Positions 41,602-50,914 of a stretch of DNA of 64,000 nucleotides are shown here, piece after piece. How positions within the stretch are numbered: position 1 is the stretch's first letter; the number at the start of each line of letters is the position of its first letter. The stretch covers positions 128,001 to 192,000 of the forward strand of contig JAOPTW010000015.1 of assembly GCA_051532035.1 (NCBI GenBank). Reading direction: 5' to 3'. The notes under the pieces are model-generated. The model was given only the letters and a program-made list of their open reading frames with translations. It made no database searches and was not told the origin of the DNA. The position numbers and the translations under genes were made by a program. The stretch comes from Fibrobacterales bacterium. Lineage in GTDB: Bacteria > Fibrobacterota > Fibrobacteria > Fibrobacterales > JAOPTW01.

Positions 41602-42207
41602 ATGAAACGACTATTCGATATTGTATGCGTGATCGGCATTGGTATAACCCTGTGGCCGCTCCTAATTATTCTCTATGTTGTCAATCGACATTATCATGGC
41701 TCACCCGTTCTTTTTAAGCAACAACGTCCCGGAAAAAGTGGCACGCCATTTTTTATGTATAAATTCCGTTCTATGACCAATGAATGCGATGTTCAAGGCA
41801 CCCTTTTACCCGACAGCCAGCGTCTTACTCCTTTTGGCATACGACTTCGGAACAGTTCTCTCGATGAACTCCCCGAACTTCTCAATGTTCTCAAAGGTGA
41901 GATGAGCCTTGTAGGCCCCCGGCCACTCCTTATGGAGTATCTCCCTCTTTATAGTGAGACTCAAGCCCAGCGACACAATGTTCGCCCTGGTGTTACAGGG
42001 TGGGCACAAATTAATGGCCGCAATTCCCTCTCATGGGAAGAGAAGTTTGATCTTGATGTTTGGTATGTCGAAAACCGCACACTTTGGCTCGATACAAAGA
42101 TTCTCTTTTTGACCATTAAAAAAGTTTTTGTTAAAGAGGGGATTTCTGCCGAAGGAGAGGCAACTATGAGTAAATTCACCGGTACTTCTTCAGGGGGGCA
42201 AGTATGA
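41602..42207 (+). CDS. pglC: Undecaprenyl-phosphate phosphoglycosyl transferase (PglC type)
   Basis: MKRLFD, QQRPG, KFRSM, SLDELPEL, GEMSLVGPRP, RPGVTGWAQINGRN. Confidence 0.92.
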   Translation: MKRLFDIVCVIGIGITLWPLLIILYVVNRHYHGSPVLFKQQRPGKSGTPFFMYKFRSMTNECDVQGTLLPDSQRLTPFGIRLRNSSLDELPELLNVLKGEMSLVGPRPLLMEYLPLYSETQAQRHNVRPGVTGWAQINGRNSLSWEEKFDLDVWYVENRTLWLDTKILFLTIKKVFVKEGISAEGEATMSKFTGTSSGGQV

Positions 42208-42818
42208 GTACTCTCTATATTGCCGGTGGTGGTGGCCATGGTAAAGTTGTAGCAGAAGCTGCGTCTCTTATGAAGCGTTGGACCACTATCGTTTTTTTAG
42301 ATGACAATCCGGCCGTAAGCCACTGTGGTGCATGGCCCGTATCCGGAACAATCTCCGACGCCCCAAAAGGTGTCGATTTTATTGTTGCTATAGGCAATAA
42401 CAGTACGCGCCACACTATATACACCACCCTTATTGAAAAAGGGTTATCCCCCGTAAATATTATTCATCCAAAAGCAATTGTCAGCCCAAGTATATCTCTT
42501 GGTCGCGGCATCTTTATCGCCCCTGGAGCAATTGTAAACATTGATGTCACCCTTGGTAATGCTACTATTATTAACACTGGAGCGACAGTCGATCATGATT
42601 CTGTTATAGGGCCAGCGGCACATATTTGTCCTGGTGTCAATATTGCAGGAGAAGTAACCATTGGCGCAGAAACCTGGGTCGGCATTGGCTCATGTACAGT
42701 ACAGTGCATAACTATTGGAAAAAATGTAATGATCGGTGCAGGTTCTATTATTCGAAAAAATGTAGATGACAACCTTTTACTTGCCGACACCCCAAAACAA
42801 CTTATACGGAACCGTTAA
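42204..42818 (+). CDS. pglD: Sugar N-acetyltransferase, PglD/NeuD family (hexapeptide repeats)
   Basis: GGGGHGKVV, FLDD, VAIGNN..R, IHPKA, INTGATVDHD. Confidence 0.9.
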   Translation: MSTLYIAGGGGHGKVVAEAASLMKRWTTIVFLDDNPAVSHCGAWPVSGTISDAPKGVDFIVAIGNNSTRHTIYTTLIEKGLSPVNIIHPKAIVSPSISLGRGIFIAPGAIVNIDVTLGNATIINTGATVDHDSVIGPAAHICPGVNIAGEVTIGAETWVGIGSCTVQCITIGKNVMIGAGSIIRKNVDDNLLLADTPKQLIRNR

Positions 42819-42821
42819 TTT

Positions 42822-44000
42822 ATGCTCAACTCCCCTTTTAGCCCATGGCCTTCTTATACACAAGAAGAGGCAGACATTGTTCAACGCGTACTTCTTTCAA
42901 ACAAAGTAAATTATTGGACAGGGACCGAAGGTCGCTCTTTTGAAAAAGAGTTTGCTACCTATACCGACTCTTCCTATGCTGTTGCTGTTGCAAATGGTAC
43001 AGTGGCCCTTGATTTAGCCCTTATAGCACTCGGTATCGGTAGTGGTGACGAAGTTATTGTGACTTCACGATCATTCCTCGCATCGGCAAGTGCTATTGTT
43101 ACTGCTGGAGCAACTCCTGTATTTGCAGATGTTGATCTTAACAGTCAAAATATTACTCCTGAAACAATTACTGCAGTTATTACTCCAAAAACAAAAGCCG
43201 TTATCTGTGTTCACCTTGGAGGTTTTCCGTGTGACATGGATGAAATAATGGCCCTTGGGCAGAAACACGATTTTTACGTAATAGAAGATTGTGCACAAGC
43301 GCATGGTGCACAGTATAAAGGTAAGAGTGTCGGTTCTATAGGCCATATTGGCTGTTGGTCATTTTGCCAAGACAAAATAATGACCACCGGTGGTGAAGGC
43401 GGCATGGTTACGACCAATGACGAAATGCTCTGGAAAAAAATATGGAGCTATAAGGACCATGGAAAATCATGGGACGCCGTTGAAGCAGCTAAAAAATCTA
43501 CCGAAAAGGGTTTTAAATGGCTTCATGAGTCATTTGGTACCAATTGGCGCCTTACTGAAATGCAATCAGCTATTGGGCGCTATCAATTGACGCAAATGGA
43601 TTCTTGGCACCAATCAAGACTTAATTATGCAAGTCAGATCCAAAAAAAGACGTCAGAGCTTGATGGTTTTAATGCTATCACTGTTCCTGAGTATGTAGAA
43701 CATGCATGGTATAAATGCTCTTTCAATATTGACCCTCAGTTTTTAACCGGAGCTATAGATAGACAAGTAATTCAAGATATGTTTATTGCAAATGGAGTAC
43801 CGTGCCTTACCATGTGCTCTGAACTCTACCGTGAAAAGGCATTTGAAACTATTGATTTTAGTTTATCAAAGCCAGTACCCAATGCAATTGATCTTGATAG
43901 CAATTCTATTATGCTTCTTGTGCACCCAACGTTGACCCAACAAGAGATTGATACTACGCTTGCTATTATGGAAAAGGTTTCAAGCTTTCTTACTCAGTAG
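42822..44000 (+). CDS. pglE: DegT/DnrJ/EryC1/StrS aminotransferase (UDP-4-keto-6-deoxy-GlcNAc aminotransferase)
   Basis: SPWPSY..SNKVNYWTG, ANGTVAL, IEDCAQAHG, SFCQDKIMTTGGEGG, GTNWRLTEMQ. Confidence 0.88.
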   Translation: MLNSPFSPWPSYTQEEADIVQRVLLSNKVNYWTGTEGRSFEKEFATYTDSSYAVAVANGTVALDLALIALGIGSGDEVIVTSRSFLASASAIVTAGATPVFADVDLNSQNITPETITAVITPKTKAVICVHLGGFPCDMDEIMALGQKHDFYVIEDCAQAHGAQYKGKSVGSIGHIGCWSFCQDKIMTTGGEGGMVTTNDEMLWKKIWSYKDHGKSWDAVEAAKKSTEKGFKWLHESFGTNWRLTEMQSAIGRYQLTQMDSWHQSRLNYASQIQKKTSELDGFNAITVPEYVEHAWYKCSFNIDPQFLTGAIDRQVIQDMFIANGVPCLTMCSELYREKAFETIDFSLSKPVPNAIDLDSNSIMLLVHPTLTQQEIDTTLAIMEKVSSFLTQ

Positions 44001-44040
44001 CTCATACAAAAACTAATACATACATTCTTTCTTAATCACA

Positions 44041-44068
44041 AAAGGCCTTACATGTGTAAGGCCTTTTT
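44041..44068 (+). terminator. Terminator of the pglC-pglD-pglE operon
   Basis: AAAGGCCTTACA-tg-TGTAAGGCCTTT followed by T residues. Confidence 0.8.
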
Positions 44069-44099
44069 CTGTTCTCCATTAAATTTAGATCAGGAAAAC

Positions 44100-44129
44100 A
44101 AAAAAGGCCTCCGCAATGCGGAGGCCTTT
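44100..44129 (-). terminator. Strong terminator of the LruC gene
   Basis: AAAGGCCTCCGC-aat-GCGGAGGCCTTT with an A-run on the + strand. Confidence 0.85.
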
Positions 44130-44136
44130 AAACTTT

Positions 44137-44157
44137 AGACTTAAGACTTAAGACTTA
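44137..44157. repeat. Heptamer tandem repeat (AGACTTA)x3
   Basis: Read directly, between the LruC stop and its terminator. Confidence 0.8.
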
Positions 44158-44165
44158 ACTAATTA

Positions 44166-46157
44166 TTAGTAAAGTTCAGAAGCTACACCAGTAGATGCCC
44201 AGTTAGCTGGAACACCAGTTTGAACCCATGCTGAGTATTGTGGATACGCAACAGTGAAGTCAACAAATTCGACAGGATACTGAGTTGTTTGAGCAAGCTC
44301 AACAGCCCATGGAATGCCGTTATTATCTTCGTATGGGTGACCTTGAGCTGGTGTACCAACAAGATTTTGAGCAACACCACGTGAAGTCATTGACTGACCT
44401 TTGAAGTGTATTTCATTAGCAACATCATCAGTACGATAAATAAATGGGTTAACAGAAGCAAGTGGGCTCGCAGGAATAGGAGTTCCTACAGCAAATGCGA
44501 TATCTGCACCGAATGTTGCAACTGGAGTGTATGGAAAACCAGGCTCAGAAGCAAGAGTGTTAACAAAGATAGTTGACGGTACAGGTGAGAACTGACCTCT
44601 CATGAAATCAAAGAATTCAATGATTGTTTCAGAGCCATTAACAATTACTGATGAAGCAGCGTTATCAACTGTAGTAGTTGCGCCAGCAATATCAAGTGCT
44701 ACACCAAAACCAAGAGCATACTCAGCACCGTTAGCAACTGGAGTTACATCAATAGATGCAGAAACAAGTTGTGGAGCAAATGCAATACCATACGCATCAT
44801 CAACGATTGGGAAAATTTGTCCACCAACTTCGATGTTACATTGTTTAGTAACAACTGAGTAGTCAACATCAACTACAACATCATTGTAGTCGAAGTCACC
44901 ATACAAAGGATAATTATCTTCAAAAGCAAGACGTGAATCTTTGTTGTATGGAAGAGTTGTACAACGAACACATGAAGTAGGATCATTCTGACAATTACCT
45001 TGAGTTGTGAAAAGAAGATCAACAATAAATACAATGTCATTAAAGTCTCTATCTGAATTAGGAAGAGTTTGGTCTTCTATACCGAAAACAACCTCTGATG
45101 GGTCAGATAGTGATGGAAATGAAACATGGTGAAATTCTTGAGCCGCACCATATTCATCTATATTATATTGAGTATTTGAATACCAGATTGGATTATTAGG
45201 CTTATTCCCTAACTCATAATCTTGGTGTAGCCAAAAACCAATTACGATTTCGTCGTTTGCATCAGCAAGGCGAGTTTTGAAATCAGTTACTGTACCAACA
45301 AGTGCCTTAGGAGCACCATTTTGAATACCATAAAAGCCATCAACAAGATCGAAAAGTGTTACACGATTAATATTTGCTAGAGCACCAGTTGGGTTTTCTG
45401 ATTTTTTATACCAGTAGTAACCAAATTGATTTTGGTATCCTGCCCCAGTATGCATGAAGTGAGCCCAGATTTCATCTTTTTGACTTGGGTCAGTTAGTGC
45501 AGTAATGGTAATTTCCGTTGACCCAAGCCAAGCCGGATTGATAGGAAGTTCATTTCTTTCAGTAAAAAGGCTTGTTGAAACGAGTTGATAATCTGCAATA
45601 GGATGATTTTCATATCCAATTGTTGCACCCGGATTAGGGAAAATCGCAGAAACAGTTGCTGCTTTTGCTGCAATTTTACCGCTTGTATCTGTTGATGTTT
45701 CGTAAGATTCCGGATTTACAATAAGAATACGGTCAAGTGAAGTAAGCTCTTCTTTCGTATACCAGAGGATTGTTTCTGGAATACCAGCAGCGTATACCTG
45801 AACACCTACACTTGAAGCAAGTGAAGAAAGGTTTGCACCATCATATAGAACTTCTCCATTTTCATCAGTTACGAATGAGGCGATAATTTTTTCCGACCCA
45901 CTTTCAATGATGTTGATCTTAGCACTAGGGTACTCTACTATACCTGCGTCAGTAGTAATACTAAGTTTTACTGTAAGACCTTTCTCGTTATATACGCTAA
46001 ATGCGAAGTCTTTAGGGGCTTTTATATCTGTAAAAGCGAGTGTTGACTCAGTTTCTACATGTGAATCAGCAAGTGGAGTACTTGTGTCGCAGGCATTGAG
46101 GCCTACAAGCGCAAGTGCAGCAAGTGCTGTAGCGATTGTTGTTTTAAAAGGTTTCAT
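44166..46157 (-). CDS. LruC-domain surface lipoprotein (DUF4114 + DUF4842/LruC)
   Basis: Lipobox LNAC. GAGYQNQFGYYWY, FGIEDQ..SDRDFNDIVF, LAFEDNYPLYGDFDYNDVVV, NPFI, EIH, PWA, AYPQY..W. Confidence 0.85.
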   Translation of the reverse strand: MKPFKTTIATALAALALVGLNACDTSTPLADSHVETESTLAFTDIKAPKDFAFSVYNEKGLTVKLSITTDAGIVEYPSAKINIIESGSEKIIASFVTDENGEVLYDGANLSSLASSVGVQVYAAGIPETILWYTKEELTSLDRILIVNPESYETSTDTSGKIAAKAATVSAIFPNPGATIGYENHPIADYQLVSTSLFTERNELPINPAWLGSTEITITALTDPSQKDEIWAHFMHTGAGYQNQFGYYWYKKSENPTGALANINRVTLFDLVDGFYGIQNGAPKALVGTVTDFKTRLADANDEIVIGFWLHQDYELGNKPNNPIWYSNTQYNIDEYGAAQEFHHVSFPSLSDPSEVVFGIEDQTLPNSDRDFNDIVFIVDLLFTTQGNCQNDPTSCVRCTTLPYNKDSRLAFEDNYPLYGDFDYNDVVVDVDYSVVTKQCNIEVGGQIFPIVDDAYGIAFAPQLVSASIDVTPVANGAEYALGFGVALDIAGATTTVDNAASSVIVNGSETIIEFFDFMRGQFSPVPSTIFVNTLASEPGFPYTPVATFGADIAFAVGTPIPASPLASVNPFIYRTDDVANEIHFKGQSMTSRGVAQNLVGTPAQGHPYEDNNGIPWAVELAQTTQYPVEFVDFTVAYPQYSAWVQTGVPANWASTGVASELY

Positions 46158-46837
46158 ATTTCCTCTTTGTTTGTTGATATTAATTGTTGAACTCTTTTAT
46201 ACAAAGGTAGGAATTGGTGGATAGCTGTCAACGCCACTTTTTGTTTACAAAGGCCATATTACAACATTGCAAAGGCGTGATAGTCATCACACCCCTCTCT
46301 ACCCCTTTTGGGGAAAGGGATAGAGAGGGTCGTGATGGAAAACATTAAACACAGCGCCCTTCATCCTCCTCTAATTGTAATCAAAAAGTTACACTAAATT
46401 CCCATATTCAACCGAGTAAGTGTCAGCATGACAATACCTTTTTCGCTTCTTTTGCCGTAGACCAACACCATTTACTCGCAATCGGCCAGTCCAAACATTT
46501 GACTACCTGAATACCGTTATTATTTCACATAGATCAACCCCTCCCCGCGTGCTCTCACTACATTTTATTTATGATTAACTCAAAATACCAAAACAAACCG
46601 GCCCTTTATTACTCACACAGAAGCAGCCACCAATGGTATAATATTATTTTTATACTTATAAAAATAATATTATTAAATAATAATTTACTATAACTTATTC
46701 AAATGTATCGATTTATATAATATAACATTATACTTAATTCATTAAAATTGCATACTAAATGAATAATACTTGTGTCCTCAGTACACTTAAGGTATACTAT
46801 ATGTAAACTTATACTTTACAATCGAGAGGTATTAAGC

Positions 46838-48850
46838 ATGTTTACGCACAATTTTTCTAAAAACTACCGACACACCAATACTACAATCCTCACCACAACT
46901 CTACTGTTCCTTCTTACCACACAACTCCTTTTTGCAGAGAATCGAATAACTCAAGTCGATACTCTCCTCTGGAATGGCGACCCCATGACCCACATACAAT
47001 TGGTTATAACTAACGATGGCTACACCGAAAATGAACTAGAGCAATGGACAAAAGACCTTCACACACCTTGTGCCGACCTGAGCGAAAGCTCTCATTGCGG
47101 TAAAGCACGACAGGCTTTCGATAAAATTTTTACCACCAGTCCCTTTAAAGAGTATAAAGATTTTTTCAATGTTATAGTCATTACAACCGAATCCAACCAA
47201 AGTGGAATTGGAGCGGAGAACGAGTCAGACTTTGATTCATTTTATAGTGTTTATGAAAATGAATATCGCGGAATAACTCACAACAACTCTTCAACAATGG
47301 ATCAAGCCATTAGTACACACGCCCAAGGAGCAAGAGGGGTAGTTGTCATATCCAATTTTAACAATCGAGCATTTGGATTTAGCGATGGAATTTTTACTTA
47401 TCAATCCACGGGATTCAGCTTCCCCGGTGTAGTTGTTCATGAACTTGGTCACACCATTGGAACACTCACCGACTCTTATAAATTCGCCAATGTATACGAA
47501 TCTCATAATGTTACAAAGGATTCTATTGCATCAAATGCCCCATGGAGCCAATGGATAGGCACCACCTATAATAACGGCAATGATACCGTCGGTATATACA
47601 ATAAAATGGGAATACTCTATACCAAATTTTATAGACCCTGCCAAACCGACATCATGAACAACTCACTAGATAATATATTTTGCCCTCCCACCCAAGAAGT
47701 TATTATCAATCGTTTTCATATGATGACTTTCAATCTCATTGATGAATTTAATCCGGCCCTTGGAACAAAACAAATAACCTCACCATCTACCTTATTTAGC
47801 GGTCATGTAAAAAGCCCTAATCCCAATACCATGAAAGTAACTTGGACCCTCAATAACACAATCATCAGCAATTATCAAGAATCGCTCATTTCAATTTGCG
47901 TTGACCAAATTAACATTGGAAACAACATTTTGAGAATGAAAGCAATCGACACAACTAACGCCCTTAAAGGCTCTTATCGATGGGGGCTCACTTACACTTG
48001 GACGCTTCAATATAGTGGTGGACTTAACCCCGATGACTGCACTCAATCCGTCTCTTCAAGTTCTATTATAGAGAGCAGTTCAATTGAAATACCAGTATCA
48101 AGTTCTGGTGAAATAGTCGAAAGCAGTTCTGAGATAAACATCAGTTCGAGTGAAATTGCCGAAAGCAGTTCTGAGATAATTATCAGCTCGAGTGAAATAG
48201 TTGAAAGCAGTTCTGAGACTATCATCAGCTCGAGTGAAATAGTTGAAAGCAGTTCTGAGATAAGCATCAGTTCAAGTGCAATAGTCGAAAGCAGTTCTGA
48301 GATAAACATCAGTTCAAGTGAAATTGCCGAAAGCAGCTCTGAGACTATCATCAGCTCGAGTGAAATAGTTGAAAGCAGTTCTGAGACTATCATCAGCTCA
48401 AGTACAATAGCTGAGAGTAACTCAAGCAGTATCACTCAACTCAGCTCCAACACTGTAAGCGGCTCTTCTACAGAGTACCGCTTTATCGATGAGGAACCAG
48501 TCGAAGAATTTATACCTTTTGTACCTCCACCACCACAATATAGCTCATCAAACGCACTTGATAGCACCCTAAGCTCTTCGTCTATGGAAATCGAAATGAG
48601 TTCATCTATGATAGTATCCCCTGCCCCACCAGAAGAGACTGCTGTCATTATTCAGCAGAGCAGCAAACACCGTTACCCCGCAACACTCTTCACCGGTAAA
48701 CAATTACATAGAGAGATCACTGCACCTGCTGGAGCTACAATGCTCACACTACTTAATTTAAATGGTACGCACGTCCGAACAACTTCTACGCAAAACCCCA
48801 ACTTACGTGGCATATCTGAATCACGTGTCTACATTATCACATTTCAATAG
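46838..48850 (+). CDS. Secreted M64 family metallopeptidase with Ser-rich repeat linker (paralog 1)
   Basis: ATG at 46838 after GAGAGG. DGYT..E, SPFKEYKDFFNV, ESNQSG, HELGHTIGTLTD, YRPC..IMN..FCP. Confidence 0.85.
   Translation: MFTHNFSKNYRHTNTTILTTTLLFLLTTQLLFAENRITQVDTLLWNGDPMTHIQLVITNDGYTENELEQWTKDLHTPCADLSESSHCGKARQAFDKIFTTSPFKEYKDFFNVIVITTESNQSGIGAENESDFDSFYSVYENEYRGITHNNSSTMDQAISTHAQGARGVVVISNFNNRAFGFSDGIFTYQSTGFSFPGVVVHELGHTIGTLTDSYKFANVYESHNVTKDSIASNAPWSQWIGTTYNNGNDTVGIYNKMGILYTKFYRPCQTDIMNNSLDNIFCPPTQEVIINRFHMMTFNLIDEFNPALGTKQITSPSTLFSGHVKSPNPNTMKVTWTLNNTIISNYQESLISICVDQINIGNNILRMKAIDTTNALKGSYRWGLTYTWTLQYSGGLNPDDCTQSVSSSSIIESSSIEIPVSSSGEIVESSSEINISSSEIAESSSEIIISSSEIVESSSETIISSSEIVESSSEISISSSAIVESSSEINISSSEIAESSSETIISSSEIVESSSETIISSSTIAESNSSSITQLSSNTVSGSSTEYRFIDEEPVEEFIPFVPPPPQYSSSNALDSTLSSSSMEIEMSSSMIVSPAPPEETAVIIQQSSKHRYPATLFTGKQLHREITAPAGATMLTLLNLNGTHVRTTSTQNPNLRGISESRVYIITFQ
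48098..48420 (+). repeat. Coding tandem repeat with 42 bp period (SSSEIVESSSEIxI), about 7-8 copies
   Basis: Recurring AGTGAAATAGTTGAAAGCAGTTCTGAGA units. Confidence 0.92.
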
Positions 48851-48858
48851 TAACTCCC

Positions 48859-48888
48859 ATTCCCAAGGCCCTAAAAAGCCTTGGGAAT
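48859..48888 (+). terminator. Hairpin between the M64 paralogs
   Basis: ATTCCCAAGGC-cctaaaaa-GCCTTGGGAAT. Confidence 0.6.
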
Positions 48889-48992
48889 TATCTAAAGGCA
48901 CTCTTTTTATCTTTTTTTTGTAAGCCGCTATGTAAACTTTATGTAAAAGTGTATATTATCACTATACCACACCCACATACAGTTCCCACACC

Positions 48993-50897
48993 ATGACTAC
49001 TCTAACCTTTAGATTACTTTTTCTTCTCTCTGCAACCATACTTTTTGGAGCGAATAGAGTTGTGCAAGTAGACACCCTCCTCTGGAGTGGCCCCCCCCTT
49101 TCACATATTCAATTAGTAATTACCAATGATGGCTATACTGCTGCGGAAACTGAACTGTTTAACAAAGGGATTAACACTCCCTGTCAGGATTTGAGCCACA
49201 CCTCAGCCTGTGGTCATGCCCGCAAAGCATTTGATAAACTCTTTTCCACCTCTCCCTTTTTTGAGTATCAAGACTTCTTTAACGTTATTGTGATCACCAC
49301 CGAGTCCAATGAAAGCGGCATAGGCATGCCTGGCTTAACCGACCTTGATAGCTATTATAAAATACATCGCCTCTTCTCTGGTGGCGCTAAGCACCATAAC
49401 ACCACTACAATGACTACAACCATTGACCAATATGCCGCTGAAGCACGCGGCATATTTATTCTTTCGAATGAACCGGGCTCAAATCTTGGCAATGCTAGTG
49501 GTATCTACACATATCAAACTACAGGACTTATTTGGGCACCAACCTTTGTCCATGAAGCTGCTCACGTACTTGGTGGTCTTTCCGATACTTATGCGGGATC
49601 AACCAATCATGATGCTGCAAACGCTACCCCTTCAAGTGATCCACAATCATCCCCTTGGAAAGACTGGATTGGCACAGAATATTCACATTTTGATAGCACC
49701 TATTCAATCGGCATGTATCCTGTTGAAAATGTACAAGGCAACACCTTTTACACTCCATGCCTGTTTGATTACATGACCTCAATTGGGCAAGAAATATTTT
49801 GTCCCGTAAATCAAGAAGCAATGATCAAGCGTTTTAATTTTAATGTTTTTAATCACATTGACAATGCCACTCCCGCATTTGGCCCTGTTTCAATTTCACA
49901 GTACTACACTCTCTTTAGTATTGATGCAAAAGTCACTTATCCAACTAACACGATAAAAGCAATATGGACCTTAAATGGCAATATACTCCCCAGCAACGAT
50001 CATCAACTCTATATTTCCGCAGGCGATTTGGCTATTGGACAAACAAATACTCTCGAAGTAAAAGCAGCAGATTCAACATCAGCTATACGCACCGATTACC
50101 GTTGGGGCCAAACCTATCAATGGACCTTGAATTATAGTGGTGGCTTACAAAAACCAGAAAACGAACCAACCGTTACTTGGAGCCCCAGTAGCGCTCAGTT
50201 TGAACGAGTATTTTTTAAACACACTAATCCTTCGAGTAATGATTATGACCCTTTTAGTTCTTCATCGTTACCCAAGCTATCAAGTAGTGAAATTATTAAT
50301 GAACAAATCAGTTCATTTGACACCAGCACCTTTTCAAGTAGTTCGACACTTCATGAAAGTTCAGAAAGCCCCGGCCCCACACTGCCGACTCCCTCTTCAA
50401 GCACGCCTTATTCATCCCACATTAGCAATGGCACTTCTTCATCTTTTTTATCCTCACAATCATCTTCATCTTCGCATATACCACAATCATCAACATCGCT
50501 TATTGCACAATTAAACTCTTCACAGCTCTCTCAATTAAAAGAACTCTACCTCTCGGCCAATGCAGAAACAAGTGATGAAACGTATAGCTCATGGCTACAA
50601 CAGATAGCGGAGAACCCACCTATGGATCAGCTCCCTGAGGGTTCAACCAATCTTGATTCTCTTTTTGCTGTCTATTTTAAGGAATTATCACCCATTACCT
50701 CTCAAACAAGTGATCATTTGACTCCAATAACCCTTATTCATGGGACACGAGCATTACATTTGCTGAGAGAGGGAGAACACGCAGACCACTTACAGGTCTA
50801 CAGCATTCAAGGAACATACTTAGGTGCCGTTGCCTCAATGAGATTAGAAGCTTTACCTGAGCACACTCTTTATGTAATTAAAAGAAGAGCACCATAG
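48993..50897 (+). CDS. Secreted M64 family metallopeptidase with Ser-rich linker (paralog 2)
   Basis: Signal peptide, SPFFEYQDFFNV, ESNESG, HEAAHVLGGLSD, WKDWIG, FCPV. Confidence 0.85.
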   Translation: MTTLTFRLLFLLSATILFGANRVVQVDTLLWSGPPLSHIQLVITNDGYTAAETELFNKGINTPCQDLSHTSACGHARKAFDKLFSTSPFFEYQDFFNVIVITTESNESGIGMPGLTDLDSYYKIHRLFSGGAKHHNTTTMTTTIDQYAAEARGIFILSNEPGSNLGNASGIYTYQTTGLIWAPTFVHEAAHVLGGLSDTYAGSTNHDAANATPSSDPQSSPWKDWIGTEYSHFDSTYSIGMYPVENVQGNTFYTPCLFDYMTSIGQEIFCPVNQEAMIKRFNFNVFNHIDNATPAFGPVSISQYYTLFSIDAKVTYPTNTIKAIWTLNGNILPSNDHQLYISAGDLAIGQTNTLEVKAADSTSAIRTDYRWGQTYQWTLNYSGGLQKPENEPTVTWSPSSAQFERVFFKHTNPSSNDYDPFSSSSLPKLSSSEIINEQISSFDTSTFSSSSTLHESSESPGPTLPTPSSSTPYSSHISNGTSSSFLSSQSSSSSHIPQSSTSLIAQLNSSQLSQLKELYLSANAETSDETYSSWLQQIAENPPMDQLPEGSTNLDSLFAVYFKELSPITSQTSDHLTPITLIHGTRALHLLREGEHADHLQVYSIQGTYLGAVASMRLEALPEHTLYVIKRRAP

Positions 50898-50914
50898 CGG
50901 TACTCTTTATTTTT

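Noticed and set aside
46400..46560. GGCAAA..GAAA segment on the minus strand reminiscent of a c-di-GMP-I riboswitch
   Set aside because: The downstream GACGCAAA and P2 elements and the pairing are missing.
48043..48435. Minus-strand 130 aa ORF with (ISLELMIVSELLST)n repeats, and the possibility of a CRISPR-like array
   Set aside because: It is the antisense shadow of the Ser-rich coding repeat. The units are contiguous with no unique spacers, and no cas genes are present.
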